DNA of 32,642 nucleotides from a virus (Duplodnaviria > Caudoviricetes). Position 1 is the stretch's first letter. Every line of letters begins with the position of its first letter. This document shows positions 8,631-16,500 of this stretch, piece after piece. The position numbers and the translations under genes are program-made. Where the stretch lies: IMG/VR virus record IMGVR_UViG_3300047301_000212, positions 1 to 32,642 of that record, one strand, 5' to 3'. Under the pieces are notes generated by a model, which saw only the letters and a program-made list of their open reading frames with translations, ran no database searches and was not told the origin of the DNA.

Positions 8631-9626
8631 TGCCACGCTCACAGCGTGGGGTACGCCAAGATGGGGTATGCAACTGCATACTACAAATATTACGCAAGGG
8701 CGCATTTCCTCTGCTCGTACATGAATCAAGAGACTTCTAAAAAGGTGCCAGGTACGGCAGAATACATCACTACAATCAAGAAGGAAATTCTTGCCAGTGG
8801 CATCGCACTTAAGGCCTGTGACATAAACTACAGTGGTCCTCTGTATAGGACGACCGACAGCAAGACAATTGTGACAGGATTAAACGCAATCAAAGGCCTC
8901 GGCCCTGCTGCATCCTCGCATATCTTTGCCAATCAGCCCTATAGCTGCTTTGCAGACTTTATTTATCGCTCCCCTGGTGCAGTCAATAAGTCGGCAATTA
9001 TCGCACTCGCTAAGGCTGGCGCGTTTGATTCTTGGAATATTTCAAGAAAGTGGTTTGTTGATACATTTAGTGATGAGAAGAAGGGAAAGAAGCTCCGCGA
9101 TAAAATCAACAAACTTGGCGACAAGCTTGCTGAAAAGTCTCCTGACCAAGACACTCGCATTTTTGATTGGTCGGGATATGTTTATGATGACGTACCTGAG
9201 CTAATGACTGTAGAATACTCTCGCAGAGAATTACTTATGCATGAGAGAGTCACTCTTGGCGAGTTCGTCACTGGCTCAGCAGAAGAAGTTTATAGCAACT
9301 TCTTCAAGAATAAAGCGCCGATTATGAAGGCGGACTTGGCTAGGATGCAGGACTTTGCAAAAGTTACGATTGAAGGTCTGCTTTTGTCCGCCAACTCCAT
9401 GAAAGTAAAGACAGGGAAGAGCGCAGGCAAAGACATGGGTAGAATAACAATCGAATCTCTTAAGAAAGAGGATTTCGAGGTATCTGTTTGGGCCGATGAT
9501 TGGGGATCTATAAAGGACTCGCTAAAAGAAGGCCTTCCTATTGTGGTAAATTGTAATGTCAAAAGGTATAACGGCGAGCCCGGACTTTCGCTCGTAAAGA
9601 TAGAAAAAATCTGGAAGGACTCATGA
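8511..9626 (+). CDS. dnaE: DNA polymerase III alpha, C-terminal part, starting with a split-intein C-fragment
   Basis: After the intein C-fragment: CHAHSVGYA..YYKYY, DINYS, GLNAIKGLG (HhH), LAKAGAFD, E..TLG and a C-terminal OB fold. ATGA overlap with the N gene. Confidence 0.93.
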   Translation: MKLKIQSVKSLGTQAVWDIQMPVEPHFLLPGVSGDIVAHNCHAHSVGYAKMGYATAYYKYYARAHFLCSYMNQETSKKVPGTAEYITTIKKEILASGIALKACDINYSGPLYRTTDSKTIVTGLNAIKGLGPAASSHIFANQPYSCFADFIYRSPGAVNKSAIIALAKAGAFDSWNISRKWFVDTFSDEKKGKKLRDKINKLGDKLAEKSPDQDTRIFDWSGYVYDDVPELMTVEYSRRELLMHERVTLGEFVTGSAEEVYSNFFKNKAPIMKADLARMQDFAKVTIEGLLLSANSMKVKTGKSAGKDMGRITIESLKKEDFEVSVWADDWGSIKDSLKEGLPIVVNCNVKRYNGEPGLSLVKIEKIWKDS

Positions 9627-10168
9627 ATTGTGCAGCCTGTCGAATCGAAATCTCACCCAACTTTATCGCCGCCATCAAGGACAATCGCTGCCCTGCCTGT
9701 GGGCAAAAGTGCCTATCTGACGAGGACTACGGGGCTATCTTTAACGTAGTCTCAAGCATCTTGAGTGTCGTTCCTGAGCTTGGAGAGGACGCCACAGTAA
9801 AGATTGCCACCGCGATGCATGGGAAATTTGATATCTTTCCAAAGGGAGTCGTTGTAGATGGGTACGCCGTCAAGGAGATTGTCTATGTCTCCACAGCGGC
9901 CCCAGGTCGCATGGCCCCTCCTGCGCAATCTCACTACACCCCAAGGCATGACATGAGCCAGCCAATGGCTCCTCCTGCTAGGCTTTCTGCTCAGCAGATG
10001 GAAAAGGCTCGCAGCCTTGCTTCTGTCATCGAAGAAATGGAGCGAGAAGATGCCGATGATGGTATTGTTAACTTTGCCTCAGATGGTGACCTGCGCAGGA
10101 TGGAGGCAGAACGTCTTGCTGCCCAAAAGATGGAGCGAATGCGCGCTAATAATGCAGGAATCAAGTGA
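9623..10168 (+). CDS. Zn-ribbon protein with low-complexity C-terminus
   Basis: CAAC...CPAC at the N-terminus; ATGA overlap with dnaE-C. Confidence 0.8.
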   Translation: MNCAACRIEISPNFIAAIKDNRCPACGQKCLSDEDYGAIFNVVSSILSVVPELGEDATVKIATAMHGKFDIFPKGVVVDGYAVKEIVYVSTAAPGRMAPPAQSHYTPRHDMSQPMAPPARLSAQQMEKARSLASVIEEMEREDADDGIVNFASDGDLRRMEAERLAAQKMERMRANNAGIK

Positions 10169-10488
10169 GCGCTTGGAAGAAACGACTTGTTTGCAACGTC
10201 AACATATACTGCACAGATGTCGACGAACAAGCAATCATACAAATGTTTTCCAAGAATGGATTTAACGACGCAAGGGCGGTATTGATTACCGATTTTGATG
10301 GTATGATTGTACGGCCTCCTGGCGTCACTGCGACATCTAATTTAACGTGGGGAGATATGTGGGTCATTCAAAATCTTATGATCCTACAAAGAATGGTGCA
10401 GGCTGATCAGCTCCGTAAACGCGTCGAACAGCAAGTAGCCGATGTCGCTGTTGCAATACAAAAACTTAAGGACCGTGGTCTCTTGTGA
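10165..10488 (+). CDS. Hypothetical protein
   Basis: 107 aa; GTGA overlaps with both neighbours; coiled-coil-like end. Confidence 0.7.
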   Translation: MSAWKKRLVCNVNIYCTDVDEQAIIQMFSKNGFNDARAVLITDFDGMIVRPPGVTATSNLTWGDMWVIQNLMILQRMVQADQLRKRVEQQVADVAVAIQKLKDRGLL

Positions 10489-10928
10489 AAATAGAAGAAT
10501 TCGTCCTACTGGACCAAAACCCGACCAAGGCCTCACTAGAAGTTCTATATAAAGATTTTGAATTCGCCATCGGACTGCACAGTTTTTGGCTAAAGTTAAA
10601 TAAAATAGTGGTTCATCCCGAGTTAAATCAGTTCCAAACCATAATGCACGATTACGACATTATTTCAAAAATAGTCATGCATCTACAGTCCGACAACAAT
10701 TCTAAAACATTTCGATATTGGCGCGAATCTGCTGATGAGTCGGATGCTTTTGGGTGCACTACTATGATGGAGCGACACGGCGAGCCATGGAATCTCAAGA
10801 CGCATCGAGAGGTTTCGATCACCGTTGAGACAATTTATGCCCCATCGCACCGATTTGATAATGTGATGACTGAAATGGGATTCGAGTCATGTGGATTCGA
10901 CCCCTACTTCCGCAACTGGAAGTTTTAA
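10485..10928 (+). CDS. Hypothetical protein
   Basis: 147 aa; GTGA overlap with the upstream gene. Confidence 0.7.
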   Translation: MKIEEFVLLDQNPTKASLEVLYKDFEFAIGLHSFWLKLNKIVVHPELNQFQTIMHDYDIISKIVMHLQSDNNSKTFRYWRESADESDAFGCTTMMERHGEPWNLKTHREVSITVETIYAPSHRFDNVMTEMGFESCGFDPYFRNWKF

Positions 10929-10936
10929 GGACACCT

Positions 10937-11494
10937 ATGACAGATGTAGTCGAAACAAAAGAAGTTCAAGGCGGTGGTATTATGGCCACTCTTGAGAAGA
11001 AAATTCAACAAGCTACTGGATATCCAAACATGCTTATGATTCTCAGGTCTGTGTCAGAGTACACAGCCAAGATTCCTGATACAGTTAGCATGATTGCTGG
11101 TCCTACTGCGCATGAACTAGCTGCAAATTTTCTCAAGGGACATTCTCTTTGCGCAGATCTATGCGCGATTGCAGAACAGTACGAGGCAAAGTCTGCCCGA
11201 AATAAAAAGACTGCATATGCAGAGGCTTTTTTCGAGGCGATGCCAAAGTACAAAACTCAAAAAGAAAGAGAGTGCTATGCGGAGATAAACGCGCACTATC
11301 TGGAAGTGGCCGACGAACATGACCAAGCGGTAATGTTTCGTGTTCTGATTGAGAACAAGCGCGACGATCTCGAAAAGGCGCATTACTTTATGCGCAAGAT
11401 CGCCGAGGCCGAAAAAGACAGCCCGTTCATGGGTTCGTCGAAGTCAAATGGCGGAGAGCCTAGAAGGTTCGAAAGCGGCAGAGTAGCAATCTAA
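10937..11494 (+). CDS. Helical protein, possibly a UvsY-like recombination mediator
   Basis: ATG 10937 with AAGGA SD; helical KTQKERECYAE..YLE pattern; sits beside SSB and near RecA. The functional call is weak. Confidence 0.5.
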   Translation: MTDVVETKEVQGGGIMATLEKKIQQATGYPNMLMILRSVSEYTAKIPDTVSMIAGPTAHELAANFLKGHSLCADLCAIAEQYEAKSARNKKTAYAEAFFEAMPKYKTQKERECYAEINAHYLEVADEHDQAVMFRVLIENKRDDLEKAHYFMRKIAEAEKDSPFMGSSKSNGGEPRRFESGRVAI

Positions 11495-11533
11495 GTTGCT
11501 GTTTTCGATGGATAAAGACAGAGTAAGACACTA

Positions 11534-11603
11534 TTCTCATATCTGAAGTGGAATTGACCACGGGATCGTAGATCCTCGCATTACGCGCAGAACTTAACGA
11601 GAA
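11534..11603 (+). promoter_or_regulatory. Candidate structured 5' leader RNA (four-way junction) of the SSB gene
   Basis: Five nested complementary pairings found by eye, ending just before the AGGAG SD (11609-11613). Confidence 0.5.
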
Positions 11604-11618
11604 GTATTAGGAGATAAC

Positions 11619-12365
11619 ATGACGGTAATTAGCGGACGCATTTCTTTTGAAGACAATCCTTTTCCTGAAAAGTCCACCGGAGCGAAGCTCGACGAAAACG
11701 ACTTCATCCGTCTGAAAGAAGAAGGTGACTATATGGTCATGCTTCTTAGCCCCTCACCCTTTACCTACCAGGAGCATTGGACCGTCAATGCTCGTAACGA
11801 AAAGCGCAGCGTACGTTGTGCAGTTCGTAATTGCACGCTCTGCGCCGAAGCAGCTCTTGCGATTTCTGCTGGTGGTGACCAGGCTGCGAAGGATGCCTCA
11901 AAGCAGCTAGCAGCCAAGAGCAAGTTTGCTATCGAAGCTTACTTACTTGGCAAGGGTCAGGATGTACTTGGTGCGACGGTTGGTCGCCCTGGTATTCTAG
12001 AGTTCGGTCCCCAGGTATTTGGACAGATTCGTACTGTCTCAAATATGTTGAAGAAAGTTGGTGGTACGCTTGACCGCGCTCTGCTGATGATCAACCGCGA
12101 CAAGCGTCGTGGTCCAACCGGGATGTACACGGTTGCGCAGATCCCAATGGCCTATAGCCTGAACAAAGCTCAGCAGGACCTGCTGACCAAGTTCCAGGAG
12201 CGTGGTTTGGATCTTGCCAAGCTGTACGAGACTCCTACCGACGAGGCCAATATGAGGCGCCTTGGTCGGATTGGTGGTGGCGAGGTCGCGGCTGCGCGTC
12301 CTGGCGCAACCATCATTGGAGCCGCTGCTCAAACGGGCGGAACCAAGTTCACCGATAGCTGGTGA
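11619..12365 (+). CDS. gp32-like single-stranded DNA-binding protein
   Basis: FIRLK..G, EHW, C-x4-CxxC Zn site, ILEFGPQVFGQI, R..GPTGMYTV, flexible tail ending DSW; strong SD. Confidence 0.7.
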   Translation: MTVISGRISFEDNPFPEKSTGAKLDENDFIRLKEEGDYMVMLLSPSPFTYQEHWTVNARNEKRSVRCAVRNCTLCAEAALAISAGGDQAAKDASKQLAAKSKFAIEAYLLGKGQDVLGATVGRPGILEFGPQVFGQIRTVSNMLKKVGGTLDRALLMINRDKRRGPTGMYTVAQIPMAYSLNKAQQDLLTKFQERGLDLAKLYETPTDEANMRRLGRIGGGEVAAARPGATIIGAAAQTGGTKFTDSW

Positions 12366-12373
12366 ATTAAATG

Positions 12374-12398
12374 TCAGCATCAGTAATGTGATGTAATA
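12374..12398 (+). repeat. 25-bp direct repeat, copy 1 (left of the GIY-YIG gene)
   Basis: TCAGCATCAGTAATGTGATGTAATA; 24/25 identical to 13139-13163. Confidence 0.9.
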
Positions 12399-12429
12399 GC
12401 CAGGATAAAAATCCTGGCTATTTGCATTT
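12397..12429 (+). terminator. Hairpin, probable terminator after SSB
   Basis: TAGCCAGGAT-AAAA-ATCCTGGCTA perfect 10-bp stem followed by TTTGCATTT. Confidence 0.65.
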
Positions 12430-12487
12430 GATGGCAGGCGTCTGCCCCAGGAGATATTTTTACTATCATACGGGTGTAAGCCGTTAT

Positions 12488-13156
12488 ATGATAATTATTT
12501 CGGGAATCTACAAGATCACAAATACAGATAATGGCAAGTGCTATATCGGATCGGCCGTCAATGTTCAGAGGCGGTTTTGTGAGCATAGATGCAAGTTGAA
12601 CAAGAAAAATCACTGTAACGGATACCTGCAGGCGTCCTGGGAGAAACACGGAGAAACTAAGTTTAAATTTGAAATCATTGAGGAGGTTGCAGATAAAAAT
12701 GACCTCGTCAAACGCGAGCAATTTTATTTAGATTCGTTCAAATCCTATGATGGGAAGCACGGGTATAATCTATGTGTTGCTGCAGGATCGCAGCTAGGCA
12801 TGGTTCGTTCTGACCAAACGAAAGCAAAAATAAGTGCCTCCTTGGTGGGTAGACCTGTTTCTGACAAAACGAAAACAAAAATAAGTGTCTCCAAGAGGGG
12901 TAGGGTTGCTTCTGACGAAACAAGGGCGAAAATGAGTGCCTCCGCGATGGGCAAGGTCATTTCTGACGAGACGAGGGCGAAAATGAGTAAGCGCGCAATC
13001 CACACCGGAAAAGGGTACTACTTCGACAAGAAGCATCAGCGCTGGGTGGGACGTTTTAATCTTTCAGGCGGGAAGTTCATGATTAAAAAATTCCACACAG
13101 AAGCAGCGGCGGCAGCATGGGTATCAGAGATGAGGGTATCAGCGTCAGTAATGTGA
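12488..13156 (+). CDS. Free-standing GIY-YIG homing endonuclease with NUMOD3-like repeats and an AP2-like C-terminus
   Basis: SGIYKITN..NGKCYIGSA, RF.EH, REQFYLD, GYN; four SDxTxxKxS repeats; GYYFDK..RWVG..F.TE..A tail. Start placed at ATG 12488. Confidence 0.92.
   Translation: MIIISGIYKITNTDNGKCYIGSAVNVQRRFCEHRCKLNKKNHCNGYLQASWEKHGETKFKFEIIEEVADKNDLVKREQFYLDSFKSYDGKHGYNLCVAAGSQLGMVRSDQTKAKISASLVGRPVSDKTKTKISVSKRGRVASDETRAKMSASAMGKVISDETRAKMSKRAIHTGKGYYFDKKHQRWVGRFNLSGGKFMIKKFHTEAAAAAWVSEMRVSASVM
12809..12988 (+). repeat. Four coding tandem repeats, 51-bp period (NUMOD3-like)
   Basis: TCTGAC...AAAAT(A/G)AGT units starting at 12809, 12860, 12911 and 12962. Confidence 0.85.
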
Positions 13157-13163
13157 TGTAATA
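13139..13163 (+). repeat. 25-bp direct repeat, copy 2 (right of the GIY-YIG gene)
   Basis: TCAGCGTCAGTAATGTGATGTAATA; contains the endonuclease's last codons (SASVM) and its stop. Confidence 0.9.
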
Positions 13164-13169
13164 TCTAGA

Positions 13170-13802
13170 ATGAAGATTTTGGCTTTAGATATTTCTAGCA
13201 AGAACACTGGATGGGCGATCCTCACCGACGGAACGGTGGTGGCAACCGGAGATATCCCAGGACACCCCGACTCCCCCCATAGTGCAAAACTACACAACTA
13301 CAGAAATGTAGTTGATGCACTGATTAAAGAGCACCTGCCTGACCTTATTGCAATCGAAGACTCTTGGTCTGGCAAGAATAAACTTGTTTTCAAAATTCTA
13401 TCATATTATCACGGCGTGACTCTTGAGTTATGTGGGGGCGCGTCAATACCCACGATGATCATGATGCCCAGTCGATTTCGAAGGATTGTGGGCGCCCAGC
13501 ACAACGTAAAGTTGAATTTTTCTGACCGCGAGGCAGCCAAGCTGGCAACAAGTTCTCTTGCAAAGGGACTCGGATGGGTTGCTCAGGACGCCTCAGAAGA
13601 CGTTTGCGACGCTTCAGCTATCGGAATGGCGGCATCGATCTGGCAGTCAAAATACACAGAGTCTCTAGCGGCCACAAAGATTGCGAACCCGAAGATCAGA
13701 AGTGAAAAGCGACTGAATGTTCTGGCTGATGAATTGACCGAAAAACATTTCAAGTTACTGGAGAAAGCAAATGAAAAGTCCGTGGGACGTACTAGAGATT
13801 GA
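13170..13802 (+). CDS. ruvC: RuvC-like Holliday junction resolvase
   Basis: MKILALDISSKNTGWA, PDLIAIED, EDVCDASAIG (acidic catalytic positions). Confidence 0.85.
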   Translation: MKILALDISSKNTGWAILTDGTVVATGDIPGHPDSPHSAKLHNYRNVVDALIKEHLPDLIAIEDSWSGKNKLVFKILSYYHGVTLELCGGASIPTMIMMPSRFRRIVGAQHNVKLNFSDREAAKLATSSLAKGLGWVAQDASEDVCDASAIGMAASIWQSKYTESLAATKIANPKIRSEKRLNVLADELTEKHFKLLEKANEKSVGRTRD

Positions 13803-14700
13803 GCCAGGTTCTTCACCAGAAGAAGCAAAAAAAGCGTTTAAAAAACTTGCTCTGAAATATCATCCAGACAGGAATCCTGGCGATGCCGCGGCAGAAGAAA
13901 AGTTTAAAGAGATCAATGCGGCTCATGAGGCAATCGCATCTGGGAAGGTAAACCAGCAGACTTCAGATCCTGGGTTCAACATGGATGAAATCAATGATTT
14001 CTTTGCAGGTGGATTCCGGCAGCAGCAGGTCCATCGCAGCACCATCCATGCCACACTGACGTTCAAAGAGTATTGTCTTGGAGCAAGTCGCACTTTCTCC
14101 GTACAAATTCCATCAAAGTGCGCTCCCTGCCAGGGAGTCGGCGCGAAGCCTGGTGATTTTGATATTTGCGCAGCCTGTAACGGAGCAGGGAGCCGAACAC
14201 AGCGCCATGGCGGCATGGTTGTGAGTCTTGGCAGTTGTCCAGCCTGCAGGGGCAAGGGGAAAACGATTAAAACTCCCTGCAGTTCTTGCGATGGAAGGGG
14301 TGAAGTGTTTTCGTCGGAAACTATTTCCGTAAATATTCCGCCAATGCCGCAGCCATCTATGCTGCTCAATGTACAAAACCGACTACATGTACAACTAACT
14401 CTTGATGTCTCAAAGCCTGACGCAGATTTCAGACTGTATGGCACAAATGTGCACTCCTCGATAGAGATTAGTCTTGCGGATGCCTTGTTCGGAGTCAATG
14501 TTGACGTCGAAACAATTCATGGGACGAAGAAGATGAAGGTTCCACCCATGGACAAGGGATACATCGAACTAAGGCTGAAGGGGCAAGGAGCGGGTCGCCC
14601 AACAGGCGATCATATCATTGAATGCACAGTGATTTTTCCTGAATCTGACGACGACAGACTCAAAATCAAAAACTTGCTTTCTGGAGAAACCAACTCCTGA
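13771..14700 (+). CDS. dnaJ: DnaJ co-chaperone (J domain, Zn finger, C-terminal domain)
   Basis: KYHPDRNPGD; four CxxCxGxG repeats; ISLADALFG; LRLKGQG. Confidence 0.95.
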   Translation: MKSPWDVLEIEPGSSPEEAKKAFKKLALKYHPDRNPGDAAAEEKFKEINAAHEAIASGKVNQQTSDPGFNMDEINDFFAGGFRQQQVHRSTIHATLTFKEYCLGASRTFSVQIPSKCAPCQGVGAKPGDFDICAACNGAGSRTQRHGGMVVSLGSCPACRGKGKTIKTPCSSCDGRGEVFSSETISVNIPPMPQPSMLLNVQNRLHVQLTLDVSKPDADFRLYGTNVHSSIEISLADALFGVNVDVETIHGTKKMKVPPMDKGYIELRLKGQGAGRPTGDHIIECTVIFPESDDDRLKIKNLLSGETNS

Positions 14701-14720
14701 ATCTAGCCTAAAGACGCTGT

Positions 14721-14748
14721 AAACTACCTCTATCCAACAGAGGTGTTT
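14721..14748 (+). promoter_or_regulatory. Hairpin sequestering the recA Shine-Dalgarno
   Basis: AAAC-T-ACCTCT-ATCCAAC-AGAGGT-GTTT, with GAGGT in the 3' arm. Confidence 0.45.
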
Positions 14749-14753
14749 GTACT

Positions 14754-15905
14754 ATGGCTAACGATGCTGCTTCTTTCTTGAAATCCTTCAATAAAACTTT
14801 CGGCGCTGAAACTGCGCGTCTTTCATCTGAAAAGCGTCAGATTAAAATTGACTCTATTGAGTTCCCGGCTGTGTCACTCGGTGATGCAAGCCATTTCTGG
14901 GGCCTGCCGATGGGCATGATCTCTCAGTTCCATGGCCCTGAGGGCTCAGGTAAGACATTCTTTGCTATGCTTATGGTCAAGCAAGCCCAAAAGAAGTTCC
15001 CTGATTCAAACGTTGTTTGGTTTGACGCAGAATACTCTTTCCAAGAGAAGTGGGCGGAACGTCTCGGAATCGATCTTACGCGCCTCATTCTTATCCAAGA
15101 AAACAATGCTGATAAGATCTTTACCATGATGTGTGGTCGTACCAACGATAATGGCAAGTATGTTGACGAAGGTATCATGCAGCATATCGCCGCTGGTGAA
15201 CTTGACTGCAAGCTTGTTGTGCTTGATAGTATTGCGACAATGATTTACCCACTCGAAGAAAATCGTGGATTTGGCGAGCACGAAATGGCTGCTGCCTCAC
15301 GATTCTTGCATAAGGCAATGCGTCGCACCTTGCCGCTGGTTGCTGCGACGAACACAGCCTTTCTTTGTATTAACCAAGCTCGTGAGAAGATTGGTGAAAA
15401 GTTCCCAACCCTAACCTATCCAGGTGGTCGTCCTTATCGCCACGCGATTTCGCTAGCAGTATTATTCCGCCCCTCAACCGCCAAAGATGGTACGCTTGCG
15501 GACTTGGCCGAACACAAGAGTGGGCACCGCATCAATGCGACCGTTGAAAAGACTCGTGGTGGTCCCGACAAGTGGAAGTGTGAGTTCTGGCTTGACTTTA
15601 CCAAGGGCGTCGTAAATCGTGGCGCTGAGTTGGCCGCACTGGCTGCTGCCTATGATATCGTTAAGCGGCCAAATAATGTCTCATGGGAGTATGGCGAGAT
15701 GAAGGTGAAGGGCAAGGATAATTTTGCCGCTGCTCTGGAGGCCGATGAACCACTTATGGCAAAGCTGATGGGCGAAATCCGTGCAGCCAAAGAGCTAGGC
15801 TCAGAGCGTCCTGCGGACTTTGGTCTTGAAGATGATGGAGTCATCAGCGACTTTGAAGAGGGTGGCGATGACACTGGTAGCGTAATTTCAGGCGGTGGAA
15901 TGTGA
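14754..15905 (+). CDS. recA: RecA/UvsX-family recombinase
   Basis: Walker A GPEGSGKT, FDAEY, Walker B LVVLDSIA, INQAREKIG, PGGR, acidic tail. Confidence 0.93.
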   Translation: MANDAASFLKSFNKTFGAETARLSSEKRQIKIDSIEFPAVSLGDASHFWGLPMGMISQFHGPEGSGKTFFAMLMVKQAQKKFPDSNVVWFDAEYSFQEKWAERLGIDLTRLILIQENNADKIFTMMCGRTNDNGKYVDEGIMQHIAAGELDCKLVVLDSIATMIYPLEENRGFGEHEMAAASRFLHKAMRRTLPLVAATNTAFLCINQAREKIGEKFPTLTYPGGRPYRHAISLAVLFRPSTAKDGTLADLAEHKSGHRINATVEKTRGGPDKWKCEFWLDFTKGVVNRGAELAALAAAYDIVKRPNNVSWEYGEMKVKGKDNFAAALEADEPLMAKLMGEIRAAKELGSERPADFGLEDDGVISDFEEGGDDTGSVISGGGM

Positions 15906-16447
15906 AGACAAATTGTCAGACTTGCAAAAAAACATCAGTAAACTTGCTGCATAGAGAGTCTGGCACCGTTTATTGCACGAACTGTGGCTCTCAAATGACG
16001 CTGAGTTTGTTGATTATCAATCAGCTATCAAAAGCTGGTTTGTTTCTCCCAAATGAAGTGCTCACTGAAGCTCCGAAGCCAAGGGTTCACACGCCACAGA
16101 GCGTTCAGGCGGCTTCACAGCAGGCGGCTCGGCGTACCCAAGGCACGGGCCCACAGGATCCGTTTGCTGCAGCAGCGGCCCGCAGAGAACGGATGCAAGG
16201 CAACCTTGACTCAAGTGCCAGCAGTGGTACAGACAGCGATGGTCGGCCTGGATTTAGGTCGGGCAAGAGAATTAGCCGTGAGCAGGCAGCAGAGGAAAAA
16301 GAAGCGATCCGAGCCTCTTTACGAGCCCAAGTCGACAATGCCTATGAGCCGATCACTGAAAACTCGACACCGCCAAGTCTTCAGGCCGACCTATCGAAAC
16401 ACGGAATTGACCTAGATCGGATCGAAAGCGAATTTGACCCAGATTAG
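15902..16447 (+). CDS. Zn-ribbon protein with low-complexity C-terminus
   Basis: CQTC...CTNC; GTGA overlap with recA. Confidence 0.75.
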   Translation: MKTNCQTCKKTSVNLLHRESGTVYCTNCGSQMTLSLLIINQLSKAGLFLPNEVLTEAPKPRVHTPQSVQAASQQAARRTQGTGPQDPFAAAAARRERMQGNLDSSASSGTDSDGRPGFRSGKRISREQAAEEKEAIRASLRAQVDNAYEPITENSTPPSLQADLSKHGIDLDRIESEFDPD

Positions 16448-16470
16448 TCTGTTGATTTTAAAGGAAGGGT

Positions 16471-16500
16471 AGAAGGGGGCACAAAGGTGCCCCTTTTCTT
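16471..16500 (+). terminator. Terminator-like hairpin abutting the primase start codon
   Basis: GGGGCAC-AAAG-GTGCCCC then TTTTCTT, with ATG at 16501. Confidence 0.75.

Noticed and set aside
11542-11591. Cloverleaf as a tRNA gene
   Set aside because: Only about 50 nt, with no TTC T-loop, no 7-nt anticodon loop and no 7-bp acceptor stem; kept as a leader-RNA candidate instead.
12809-12988. Regularly spaced repeats resembling a mini CRISPR array
   Set aside because: The 51-bp period is a multiple of three, the copies are degenerate and in frame (NUMOD3-like peptide repeats), and no cas genes are present.
12366-13169. Group I intron carrying the GIY-YIG gene
   Set aside because: The flanking genes look complete and the non-coding flanks are too short for a ribozyme core; the same holds for the gene at 21207.
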